Positions 6,504-15,034 of a DNA stretch of 46,435 bases are shown here, in pieces (positions within the stretch are counted from its first letter, which is position 1; every line of letters starts with the position of its first letter). The stretch is from a virus. The notes under the pieces were generated by a model. That model was not told the origin of the DNA. It was given only the letters and a program-made list of their open reading frames with translations, and ran no database searches. The DNA is taken from positions 1 through 46,435 of IMG/VR virus record IMGVR_UViG_3300045988_129965, one strand, 5' to 3'. A program made the translations under genes and the position numbers.

Positions 6504-6641
6504 ATGTGCAGGCATACATGGAAAACCATTAACGACGTGCGCGTCTGCCAGCGCTGCGGCATGACCGTGCGGCTGCTGGACGGCAAGGTGATGTTTGATC
6601 GCAGGCTGCCCGGCGCCCTGCAGAAGGGTGGCCGCAAATGA
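6504..6641 (+). CDS. Small Cys-containing protein (45 aa)
   Basis: ATG follows AAGGAGG, the stop overlaps the portal ATG (ATGA), and a CQRC motif is present. Confidence 0.4.
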   Translation: MCRHTWKTINDVRVCQRCGMTVRLLDGKVMFDRRLPGALQKGGRK

Positions 6642-8110
6642 GAAGCCGAGCGCAGAAGTACCCCGACTATACGGCGGAGATCGAGGTCCTGGCCGCCACC
6701 GGCATCACCGATCAGCTGCTTAACCGCATCATCAACAAGCATATGCAAAACGCGGCCTGCAATAAGGAGCTGATCGACCGGTATGAGGCCCTGGCGGACG
6801 GCGTGCCGATCTTCCACCGGCAGCCGCGCTTTGAAAGCGATCAGGAAGCCGGGAACGAGATCATCAATCACCGCATCAATAACGACTTTTTCTCCGAGAT
6901 CGTGGACTTTAAGACCGGCTACTTTGCCGGCAACCCGATCTCCTATTCCTACAGCGACACCCGCGAGGCCCTGGAGGACACCGGTGACACCGGGGACAAC
7001 GCCCAGGAGCGCGAGGCCGCCCGAGACGCGGCCAGCAAGGCCATCACGGACTTTGTGACCCGCTCCAATATGTTCGACGTGGATATGGAATGCACCAAAT
7101 ACGCCAGCATCTGCGGATACTGCGGCCGGCTATTCTATATCGACCCGGACGGCAACGAGCGCGTGATGGTGGTACCACCTAACGAGTGCATCATCCTGTC
7201 CAAGACCAAGGATATCACGCACCCGGCCTATGGCGTGCGCTACTACGCGGTGACGGATATCAACGACCGGGAGATCGTCCGGGCCGAGTTCTACGACGAC
7301 GAGGGCATTTACTTCGCCGAGGGCAGCCTGGGCGCCCTGCACATCACGGAAATGCGGCCCAACCTGTTCGGCTGCTGCCCACTGCAGGGTATCCCCAACA
7401 ACCGCGAGATGCTGGGCGACGCCGAGAAGGTGCTGGCGCTGATTGACGCCTACGACCGCGCGATCAGCGACGCCAACAACGAGGTGGACTCCTTCGCCAA
7501 CGCCTACATGGTGTATGAGAACGTGGATATCGACGAAAAGGAGATGCACAAGGCCCAGGCCAGCGGCGCGATCCAATTCTACACGAACGGCGCCAATGGC
7601 GGCAAGGTGTACTTCCTGACCAAGGATATCAACGACGGCTTCATTGAGCACCATCTGGACCGGCTGCAGGAGAACATCTACCGCTTTTCCAAGACGCCGG
7701 ACATGACCGACGAGGTTTTCGGCACGGCCAGCGGCATCAGCCTTAAATTCAAGCTGACAGGCCTGGAAACCAAGTGCGGCATGTTCGAGGCCAAGGTGCT
7801 CAGCGCCGGGGCATATATGTTTGAGCTGCTGGCCAAGGTATGGGAGAAAAAGCGCCTGAAAATCGACCCGCTGCAGTGCGTGATGAGCTTCAAGCGCAAC
7901 TTCCCGCTGGACCTGCTCAGCGAGGCGCAGGCCACGCAGCAGCTGATCGCCGCGGGCCTTCCCAAGCGTGTGGCGTATGAGATCGCGCTGTCCTGCGTGG
8001 ACGACGTGGAGTATGTCATGCAGCAGATCGAGGCCGAGAAGGACGGCATCCCCGATCTTACCGAGGACCTGCCAGGCGATAACGACGCTCCGGACGACAC
8101 GGACGAATAA
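6638..8110 (+). CDS. Portal protein (SPP1 gp6-like)
   Basis: 490 aa, positioned after terL, with an acidic C-terminal tail. Confidence 0.88.
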   Translation: MRSRAQKYPDYTAEIEVLAATGITDQLLNRIINKHMQNAACNKELIDRYEALADGVPIFHRQPRFESDQEAGNEIINHRINNDFFSEIVDFKTGYFAGNPISYSYSDTREALEDTGDTGDNAQEREAARDAASKAITDFVTRSNMFDVDMECTKYASICGYCGRLFYIDPDGNERVMVVPPNECIILSKTKDITHPAYGVRYYAVTDINDREIVRAEFYDDEGIYFAEGSLGALHITEMRPNLFGCCPLQGIPNNREMLGDAEKVLALIDAYDRAISDANNEVDSFANAYMVYENVDIDEKEMHKAQASGAIQFYTNGANGGKVYFLTKDINDGFIEHHLDRLQENIYRFSKTPDMTDEVFGTASGISLKFKLTGLETKCGMFEAKVLSAGAYMFELLAKVWEKKRLKIDPLQCVMSFKRNFPLDLLSEAQATQQLIAAGLPKRVAYEIALSCVDDVEYVMQQIEAEKDGIPDLTEDLPGDNDAPDDTDE

Positions 8111-8237
8111 ACAATGCGGCCATCCCCTGAAAGAGTGGGAGCGCGTGTATAACGAAAGCGGTGCGTTTGCGCAGATGCACCGGGCAGGGCTGGTCAGGCC
8201 TCACCTGCCATCTATTACGTTTAGGAGGTGATGCAGC

Positions 8238-10076
8238 GTGGCCAAGGATCTTGAATACTACCTCGCCCAAGCCCGCCGCATCGCCGAGCACCGGGAAGCA
8301 GGGGCCGAGCGGGAAATCCGCAAGCTGTACCAGGCCATGCTCAAGGATCTGCAGCAGTTTGTCAGCGACGTATATGTGCGGTACGCCCAAAACGACCGGC
8401 TGACCTTCGCCGAGCTGCAGGCGGCCGGGTATGACGCCCGATTCCTGGAGGAGATCGAGCAGCGGCTCAACATCGCCACGCCCAGGGCGGCCCGCGAGCT
8501 GCGGACGCTGGTGGAACAGACCTATTCGGCGGCCTGGGCCGGCATGATCGAGGGCGTGGCAAACTCCTCCGGCGACCTGGGCGCGGCCTTTGCGGATAGC
8601 GTGGCCATTACCCCTGAGCAGATCAAACGGGCCGTAGAAAACCCCGTGTACGGCCTTACGCTCAAGGATACGCTGGAGAAGCATCGCAAGGACATCATCT
8701 ACAGCATCAAGCAGACCGTCGGCATCGGGCTAATGAACGGCGACCGCTACACCACCATGGCGCGGCGCATTGCCAAGCAGGTGGACGGCGACTACAAAAA
8801 GGCGATCCGCATCGCCCGCACCGAGGCCCACCGCACCCGCGAGGGCGGCAACCGCGACGCGGCCGTCGCCGTAGACACGGAGCTGCGGCACGGCACCACG
8901 GGCCTGCGCATGGTCAAGACCTGGCGCACCATGAAGGACGAGCGCGTGCGCCCTCAACGCCGCAGGAAGGGCAAAAAGGGCTGGTCTACCCGCATGGGAA
9001 GCGGCCCCAACCACATGGTGCTGGACGGCCAGACCGTGCTTGCGGATCAGCCCTTTGACCTGGGCGGCGGCGTAACGGCAGACGCCCCTGGTTCGAGCGG
9101 CGTGGCCGGGCATGACATCAACTGCCGCTGCTACGTCTCCTATGAGATGATGACCGACGCGGAGTACTACGCCAAGACGGGAAAACATTTTCCTGGCTGG
9201 AAGGGAAAAGCCGATCCCGCGCCGAAATACGCCAAGGACCACAGCTGCGAGCTTGCGGCGGGCTTTGGCACTGATCACTATGACAACATGCACGACATGC
9301 TGGTCAACTGCCAGGAGCCGAACGTGGCCGACGTCTGGAAGAAGTACGAAAGCCAGATAGGCGTGGGCGATGCGCATCACAGCGGTGGCGCCTTCGCGCG
9401 AGACAGCCGGGTGTATCTGAACATTGACAACGTAGCCAAGGGCAATACCTATGAAAAGGCCTATCAGACGGCCTTCCATGAGTGCGGTCACGCGATCGAC
9501 AGCCTGGCCCGCAGCGCGGTGACCGGCAATGCGTCCTGGGGCGCGAGGCACTATTCATCCGCGTATAAGGGCGGCCTGTTCCCGCAGACTATCAAGGATG
9601 AGGTAAAAGCGCTTGTAAACGCGAAGGACAAGGAGCTAAAGGCCCTGTTTAAGTCACATGCAGCGACAGGCGATGCCAAGTGGTTCTTTGACAACGGCTT
9701 CATCGACCGGTGGTATTATCATATGTACGAAAGCGGTTCGTACACAGCAGAGCGCATCATTCCGAAGTACGCGAAGAGCTACGCCTATTCCGCTGTGCAA
9801 AGAGAGGTAACGAGCTCCGGCAATAAATACGCCTACGGGGACCTGTCCGACATGCTGGAGGGCGCAACGGGGGCAAAAATTCAATGCGGTATCGGTCATG
9901 GCGCGACCTACTGGAAAGCCCGCACATACGACGGCGTGGCCGACGGTCTGGCGACTGAGGCGTTTGCCGAGATGATCGATTCCGCGGTATCCAATCCTGA
10001 GAGCCTGGACATGATTAAGAAGTACCTGCCAAACTCGTATAAGGTATTTCTTGAGATGCTTGAAGATCTGCTATAA
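8238..10076 (+). CDS. Head morphogenesis protein (MuF/SPP1 gp7-like) fused to an HExxH C-terminal domain of about 280 aa
   Basis: The MuF core ends near GHDINCRCYVSYE. The C-terminal part contains FHECGHAID and a downstream EAFAEM. The start is GTG after GGAGG. Confidence 0.8.
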   Translation: MAKDLEYYLAQARRIAEHREAGAEREIRKLYQAMLKDLQQFVSDVYVRYAQNDRLTFAELQAAGYDARFLEEIEQRLNIATPRAARELRTLVEQTYSAAWAGMIEGVANSSGDLGAAFADSVAITPEQIKRAVENPVYGLTLKDTLEKHRKDIIYSIKQTVGIGLMNGDRYTTMARRIAKQVDGDYKKAIRIARTEAHRTREGGNRDAAVAVDTELRHGTTGLRMVKTWRTMKDERVRPQRRRKGKKGWSTRMGSGPNHMVLDGQTVLADQPFDLGGGVTADAPGSSGVAGHDINCRCYVSYEMMTDAEYYAKTGKHFPGWKGKADPAPKYAKDHSCELAAGFGTDHYDNMHDMLVNCQEPNVADVWKKYESQIGVGDAHHSGGAFARDSRVYLNIDNVAKGNTYEKAYQTAFHECGHAIDSLARSAVTGNASWGARHYSSAYKGGLFPQTIKDEVKALVNAKDKELKALFKSHAATGDAKWFFDNGFIDRWYYHMYESGSYTAERIIPKYAKSYAYSAVQREVTSSGNKYAYGDLSDMLEGATGAKIQCGIGHGATYWKARTYDGVADGLATEAFAEMIDSAVSNPESLDMIKKYLPNSYKVFLEMLEDLL

Positions 10077-10099
10077 TGAAGGTGAAGGAGTGAGCGAAA

Positions 10100-10273
10100 A
10101 TGGCGACTAAAATCGATGTACTGCTTCGCAAGTACGAGGAACAATTCCGCGAGGGTTTTCCGCTGATGCTCTGCCGGGGCATGGACGACGAGGAGATCTG
10201 CGCGACGGTGCAGACCTGTCTCGATGAAAACAAGCCCTACGCTCCTGCGCTGAGCCCCATGGCGGACTATTAA
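10100..10273 (+). CDS. Small acidic protein (57 aa) directly downstream of the MuF fusion
   Basis: GAAGGAG RBS and an ATG start. A strong terminator follows. Confidence 0.5.
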   Translation: MATKIDVLLRKYEEQFREGFPLMLCRGMDDEEICATVQTCLDENKPYAPALSPMADY

Positions 10274-10297
10274 GCCCCAAGGAAAAGCTGATCAAAG

Positions 10298-10327
10298 GCA
10301 CCCTGCAATGCTGCAAGGTGCTTTTTT
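10298..10327 (+). terminator. Rho-independent terminator
   Basis: GCACC-c-TGCA/TGCA-a-GGTGC stem followed by T6. Confidence 0.75.
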
Positions 10328-10358
10328 CGTGCCTCGACGTAAAGGGAGGGATGCTGCG

Positions 10359-10514
10359 ATGCTTGACGTGATCGTAAAGTTGTTCCGTGATGGCGTGATG
10401 GTACGCAGGACCGGGCGCAGCCGGAGCGCGAAAAGCGGCACGGCGGTGCTTGGCTTCTGCGTGCTGGGAGAGATGGTACTCGGCAATGCTCAGGGAGGGG
10501 GTGGTACGGGATGA
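10359..10514 (+). CDS. Small hypothetical protein (51 aa)
   Basis: AGGGAGGG lies 8 nt upstream of ATG 10359, and the stop overlaps the next ATG. Confidence 0.4.
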   Translation: MLDVIVKLFRDGVMVRRTGRSRSAKSGTAVLGFCVLGEMVLGNAQGGGGTG

Positions 10515-10957
10515 GCTACAGCCTCCAGGGCTTTGAGGACGGCCAGATACTGACCGCCGAAAAGCTGGTACAGATGGAAAACGGGATTATAGATGCATAC
10601 GCGGGCATCAAGTACGTGGAAAGCCACATCAACGGCAATCCGATGGTGAATTTTCGCGATCTTCCCACCGGAATCTACCGCATTGTGGGCTATTTCAGCC
10701 CGTATGCAAACTCTAACATTTCCATGGGATGCGATGGTCTGATTCATGTGGAGCGTAAGACGGCGGGCACGCACATCATATGCCTCGGCGCGCTGAATGC
10801 AAAGATCGTATTCATCGAAATCCTCGTGGATGACACCAACCCGAAGGGCTTCACCTACACAAAGACCAGTTTCAGCCTGTTTGAGCTGCAGGGGCTGATC
10901 TCCCGCGTGGAAGCGCTGGAGGCAGCGATCGGTGCAACGGAAACAGCAGCAGAATGA
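10511..10957 (+). CDS. Hypothetical protein with a fibre-like N-terminal motif (ILTAEKLVQMENGI)
   Basis: 148-aa ORF bounded by terminators. The N-terminal motif recalls Firmicute phage fibre and minor structural proteins. Confidence 0.55.
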   Translation: MSYSLQGFEDGQILTAEKLVQMENGIIDAYAGIKYVESHINGNPMVNFRDLPTGIYRIVGYFSPYANSNISMGCDGLIHVERKTAGTHIICLGALNAKIVFIEILVDDTNPKGFTYTKTSFSLFELQGLISRVEALEAAIGATETAAE

Positions 10958-10963
10958 ACAATG

Positions 10964-11002
10964 GGCATCAATTTCGTGGCATCACGAAAAAGATGCCTTT
11001 TT
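10964..11002 (+). terminator. Long hairpin terminator
   Basis: GGCATC-aa-TTTCGTG [gcat] CACGAAA-aa-GATGCC followed by T5. Confidence 0.8.
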
Positions 11003-11006
11003 CTAT

Positions 11007-11082
11007 GCCGTCGTAGCTCAAGAGGCAGAGCGGTGCATCTGTAATGCATGCGTTGCGGGTTCGATTCCTGCCGACGGCTCCA
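11007..11082 (+). tRNA. tRNA with encoded CCA; formal anticodon UGU (Thr), with a non-canonical C at position 33
   Basis: Manual cloverleaf: 7-bp acceptor GCCGTCG/CGACGGC, D arm GCTC/GAGC with loop AAGAGGCA, anticodon stem GTGCA/TGCAT, loop TCTGTAA, T arm GCGGG-TTCGATT-CCTGC. Confidence 0.75.
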
Positions 11083-11109
11083 CCACGGGCTGGGAACCCG
11101 TGGCTTTTT
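11083..11109 (+). terminator. Rho-independent terminator immediately after the tRNA
   Basis: CCACGGG/CCCGTGG stem followed by CTTTTT. Confidence 0.75.
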
Positions 11110-11221
11110 CATGCACCTCCTTCATATAAGCCGCCGCCCGTAAAAGCGGCTCCGGCCACAGTTTACGCCGGCCCCGGTGCGATTCCGGTTGGGCCCTTAA
11201 ATCAGGTGGACGCAGAAGAAC

Positions 11222-11265
11222 GTACTCAGATATGTGGGCGCTCTGCTGTGTACTCATATATGTGG
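11222..11265 (+). repeat. 16-bp direct repeat GTACTCA(G/T)ATATGTGG x2, with 28-bp start-to-start spacing, upstream of the scaffold gene
   Basis: Copies at 11222-11237 and 11250-11265 differ at one position. Confidence 0.8.
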
Positions 11266-11305
11266 ACCTGTCCAAGCACAGGGACTCAGAAAGGATTGTG
11301 AAACC

Positions 11306-11977
11306 ATGAGCATTGACGAACTGAAAGCCCTGCTTGAAGCAGGCAAGATCACCAAGGAGCAGTTTATGGCGATGGCCAAGGTCGTTGACCCTGCCTACCA
11401 GGAGGAAGAACCCGCCCCCGAGCCGGACAAGGACCCGGAGCCTGCCCCCGAGCCCGACATTGAGAAGCAGATCCAGCGCGCCGTTGATCGCGCGACCAAC
11501 AAGCTGGGCAACGAAAACAAGAAGCTCCGGCAGCAGCTGGAAGCCCTGAAAAAGGCCAAGCTGACCGAGGACGAGGCCGCGGATCTGGACCGCCAGGAGC
11601 GGGAGGAAGCCCTCGCGGAGCGCGAGCGCGCCCTGCAGGAGAAGGAAAACCGCCTGTACGCCATCAAGGCCATCAAGGCTGCGGGCCTGGACGACGGCAG
11701 CGACATGGCACTGGAGCTGGTTGACTTTGTGCTGGGCAGCAGCGAGGAGGACATCCAGGCCAAGATCAAGGCTTTCGGCGGGCTGGTCAAAAGGTTTGTC
11801 AAGGCCGAGGTGGACAAGACCTTCAAGGCGAACGGCCGCAACCCCGAGCAGGGCGCGGGCGGCAGCGAGAAAAACCCCTGGGCGAAGGACACCTGGAACG
11901 TAACCCAGCAGATGCAGCTCGAACTCACCAACCCGGAGCTGGCCAAGCAGCTTAGGGCCGCTGCGGGTGTGAAGTAA
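11306..11977 (+). CDS. Capsid scaffolding protein
   Basis: Coiled-coil, charged and Pro/Glu-rich sequence, located immediately upstream of the major capsid gene. Confidence 0.7.
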   Translation: MSIDELKALLEAGKITKEQFMAMAKVVDPAYQEEEPAPEPDKDPEPAPEPDIEKQIQRAVDRATNKLGNENKKLRQQLEALKKAKLTEDEAADLDRQEREEALAERERALQEKENRLYAIKAIKAAGLDDGSDMALELVDFVLGSSEEDIQAKIKAFGGLVKRFVKAEVDKTFKANGRNPEQGAGGSEKNPWAKDTWNVTQQMQLELTNPELAKQLRAAAGVK

Positions 11978-11997
11978 AACAGAAAGGATTGAAACAA

Positions 11998-13158
11998 ATG
12001 GCTCTTAACGCTATCACCACCATTGCGGACATGCAGATTGTCCCCGAGAAGTTTTCGACCTATGTGACCGAGAAAACCACCGAAAAGAGCGCGATGGTCA
12101 ATGCCGGCATTGCTACCGGCGACGCCGTCGTGGCGCAGCTCATCAACGGCACGCCTGCCGGCGGCCGCTTTATCACCATTCCCGCCTGGCAGCCGCTTGA
12201 CGCTTCCACCGAGGAGGACGTGTTCGGCGAGGATGAGGTATCCGTCAGCGGCATTACGACCTCCGACAGCCGCGCTACCCTGCTGATGCGTCAGAAGGCG
12301 TGGGGCGACACGGACCTGGCCAAGGTGCTGGGCGGCGCGGACCCCATGGGCGCGATCATCAACCAGATGGCCGACTGGCGCAACCAGCGCGAGCAGAGGA
12401 TCTACCTTGCGATTCTGAAGGCGATTCTGGACAAGTCTGCCGGCGCGCTGAAGGACCACGTCAACGACATTTCCGCGGGCTCCGGCACGGCTGCCTACAT
12501 CTCCGACGGCGCCACGCTGGACACCAAGCAGGCGCTGGGCGACGCCTACAGCTCCCTGGGCATGGTGTTCATGCATTCCGCCGTGTACACCTACCTGCAG
12601 AAGCAGGGCCTGATCACGCGCAACCCGATCTTTGACCCCTCTCAGTCTCAGATTGAGATGGAGCGCTACCTGGGCTATCGCATCACCGTGGACGATGGCA
12701 TGCCCGTGACCAAGTACGCCGCCAGCACGTCTGGTACCTCCGGCGCCCTTAAGGTCGTTGCGAGCGGTGCCTCCACCGGCGAAGTCAACCTGGCGGACGT
12801 TGTCAAGTTTGGCCTGCCCAACGCGAAGGCGGACGACTATGTGACCCTGCTGGAAGCTCCGATCTACGACACCTATCTGCTGGGCGCGAACGTCTTTATT
12901 CGCCAGGATGGTACGCCCGCCGGCTTTGTCGGCACCGAGACCGACCGCGACAAGTTCAGCGCGAAGAACTACCTGATCAACCGCTGGTGCCAGATCATCC
13001 ATCCCCGCGGCTTCGGCTGGGTGCCGGATGAATCCTCTACGCTGCACAGCGCCAAGAAGTACCCGGATAACACCGATCTGGCGAAGGCGGCCAACTGGAA
13101 GCTGACTACGCACCACAAGCACGTGCCCATCGCCTGCCTGCGCCACAAGATCGGCTAA
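11998..13158 (+). CDS. Major capsid protein
   Basis: About 386 aa and follows the scaffold gene. Its RBS context GAAAGGATTGAAAC matches that of the scaffold gene. Confidence 0.75.
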   Translation: MALNAITTIADMQIVPEKFSTYVTEKTTEKSAMVNAGIATGDAVVAQLINGTPAGGRFITIPAWQPLDASTEEDVFGEDEVSVSGITTSDSRATLLMRQKAWGDTDLAKVLGGADPMGAIINQMADWRNQREQRIYLAILKAILDKSAGALKDHVNDISAGSGTAAYISDGATLDTKQALGDAYSSLGMVFMHSAVYTYLQKQGLITRNPIFDPSQSQIEMERYLGYRITVDDGMPVTKYAASTSGTSGALKVVASGASTGEVNLADVVKFGLPNAKADDYVTLLEAPIYDTYLLGANVFIRQDGTPAGFVGTETDRDKFSAKNYLINRWCQIIHPRGFGWVPDESSTLHSAKKYPDNTDLAKAANWKLTTHHKHVPIACLRHKIG

Positions 13159-13193
13159 GGCCAAATACCAGACCAACGGAAAGGAGGGGTTTT

Positions 13194-13361
13194 ATGAGCT
13201 GCCATTTTCATATGCTGCGCAGACGCCGGGCGGCAGAAGCCGCCCAGCGCGCCCGTGAGGCCGCCCAGGCCGCCGAGGAAGCAGCGGCCAAGGAAAAGGT
13301 AAACACGAAGCCCGAAGCCGTCAAAAAGGCCTCCAAGGGCCGCGGAAAGGGTGAGGTCTGA
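13194..13361 (+). CDS. Small basic Ala-rich protein (55 aa)
   Basis: AAGGAGG RBS. The stop overlaps the next ATG (TGATG). Confidence 0.4.
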   Translation: MSCHFHMLRRRRAAEAAQRAREAAQAAEEAAAKEKVNTKPEAVKKASKGRGKGEV

Positions 13362-13678
13362 TGAGCGTTGACACGCAGCAGGAAATCAGAATCAAGGCGG
13401 CCCTGGAGTGGATCAGCGAAAACACCACCATCTCCGTTGATCTGGGTGACCCGGAGGCCTATGCCTCGCTGCCTGCCAGGGCGCAGCTGTTCGTGCAAAA
13501 GTACGCAGAGCTGTTGAAACGCTCGACCGGCCTTGTAAGCCAAAGCATCGAGGGCATGAGCCAGAGCTTCGGCGAAAACAGCGACGTCAGCGCCACCATC
13601 TGGCAGCTGGCGCGGGCGCTGCTCCCCGGCGATCTAAAGTCCCAGGTGCGGGTATTCCCCGCCCGAAGGCGGTGGTAG
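13361..13678 (+). CDS. Head-tail connector (gp6-like) protein
   Basis: 105 aa, with position and sequence style typical of the Phage_connect_1 family. Confidence 0.6.
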   Translation: MSVDTQQEIRIKAALEWISENTTISVDLGDPEAYASLPARAQLFVQKYAELLKRSTGLVSQSIEGMSQSFGENSDVSATIWQLARALLPGDLKSQVRVFPARRRW

Positions 13679-14187
13679 CCGTGGGCTTTAATGTGAAATA
13701 CAAGTCCACCGACGGCTTTCCGGAAATGAAAAAGCGCCTGGAGGAGATCAACGGGCAGAGCGTTGAGGTGGGCGTGCTCAAGGGCAAGGACGCCTGGCTC
13801 GCATCGATTCATGAGTACGGCTGCGACATAGAGGTCACTGACCGAATGCGCGCCTACCTGCGGGGCCAAGGGCTGCACCTGAAAAGCACGACCACCCACA
13901 TCCATATCCCGGAGCGCTCGTTCCTGCGGACCGGCTTTGATAAGAACCGGGACGACGTGGTGGCAAAGGCCCAGAAAATCCTGGCGGACGTGGCCAGCGG
14001 GCGGACAACCGCCCGCGGCTGCCTCCAGGCCGTGGGGCTTGAGCTGTCCAGCAAAATCAAGGACTATGCCCGCGATCTGGACAGCCCTGCGAATCACCCC
14101 TTCACGGTTGATCAAAAGGGCAGCAGCAATCCCTTGATGGATACCGGCGACATGATCGGCGGCATCAGCTGGAGGAAGGGCAAATGA
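13672..14187 (+). CDS. Head-tail joining / virion morphogenesis protein
   Basis: 171 aa in the neck module, with the C-terminal motif NPLMDTGDMIGGISW. Confidence 0.5.
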   Translation: MVAVGFNVKYKSTDGFPEMKKRLEEINGQSVEVGVLKGKDAWLASIHEYGCDIEVTDRMRAYLRGQGLHLKSTTTHIHIPERSFLRTGFDKNRDDVVAKAQKILADVASGRTTARGCLQAVGLELSSKIKDYARDLDSPANHPFTVDQKGSSNPLMDTGDMIGGISWRKGK

Positions 14188-14549
14188 GCAGACAATATTT
14201 TGACTTTTCTTCCCTGATCGACGACTATTCCACGGACTTCACGGTGATCACGCACACCGACAGCGGCTATGACGCCGCGGGTGACTGGCAGGAGGGCACG
14301 GAGCAAAAGCTCACGCTCACCGGCGCGATCATCGCCTTTAAGGAAAGCAAGGTGATCCGCTCCGATGGGGCGATCACCTCCAAGGACAAGCGCCTGTTCA
14401 TGCAGCAGGCGCTTCCTGATGCCCTTCTGGGCGCCGTGGTGCTGCATGCCGGGCAAACGTACCGGATTGAATCTGAGCTCGAAAACGCCGAATTTACGGG
14501 CGTATGGAGCTACTTGCTAAGGTGGGTGAGCGCCTTTGATAGCGTATAA
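14184..14549 (+). CDS. Neck/head-closure protein
   Basis: 121 aa; assignment is by gene order only. Confidence 0.4.
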   Translation: MSRQYFDFSSLIDDYSTDFTVITHTDSGYDAAGDWQEGTEQKLTLTGAIIAFKESKVIRSDGAITSKDKRLFMQQALPDALLGAVVLHAGQTYRIESELENAEFTGVWSYLLRWVSAFDSV

Positions 14550-15015
14550 GGATATGCGCCAGGCCGTTGCAACCGGGCTGCGGCAGTACCTGGGTGTCCC
14601 CGTGATCCGAGGCAACCAGACGGCCAAAGCGCCGCCGTACCCGTATGTGGTCTACAACGTGACGACGGTTGCCAGCGAGAACAATGGCACCTATCAGCGG
14701 CACGAGGACGGCGTTGACCGTCTGCTGGTCCGCAGCATCTGGAGCATCAGCGCCCTGTCCGCCGACTGGGACGAAAGCGTCTCGCTGGCGGCCAAGGCGC
14801 GCGAATGGTTTAACCATACCGGCCGTGCCTGGCTCGCCGAAAAAGGCATCACCGTGCAGACCACCACGGAGATCACGAACCGCGACAACGTGCTGACCGT
14901 CGAGTACGAGCGTAAAAACGGCTTTGACGTAGCCTTTTACGTTTACGACACGGCGCAGGGCGACGCGAACGGGTATATCGAGGGGGTAACAATCACCCCC
15001 GAAAGTTTGAATTGA
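14536..15015 (+). CDS. Tail terminator/tail completion protein
   Basis: 159 aa, immediately upstream of the sheath gene, with a TTG start after AAGGTGGG. Confidence 0.45.
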   Translation: MIAYKDMRQAVATGLRQYLGVPVIRGNQTAKAPPYPYVVYNVTTVASENNGTYQRHEDGVDRLLVRSIWSISALSADWDESVSLAAKAREWFNHTGRAWLAEKGITVQTTTEITNRDNVLTVEYERKNGFDVAFYVYDTAQGDANGYIEGVTITPESLN

Positions 15016-15034
15016 CCAAAGGAGGAATAAACAA

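Noticed and set aside
5189-6871. 560-aa minus-strand ORF antisense to terL and portal. Similar long antisense ORFs lie at 11395..13176, 14993..16009, 17362..20841, 22040..23422, 35620..37530, 39643..40755 and 40644..42602.
   Set aside because: They are Arg/Ala/Gly/His/Leu-rich shadow ORFs, typical of the antisense strand of GC-rich coding DNA. Each lies fully inside a recognisable plus-strand gene, and none has a start context.
11160-11215. A second tRNA or tRNA fragment (CCGG-TGCGATT-CCGG, T-arm-like).
   Set aside because: The T-loop deviates from consensus, with G at position 55. No matching acceptor stem or anticodon arm could be built.
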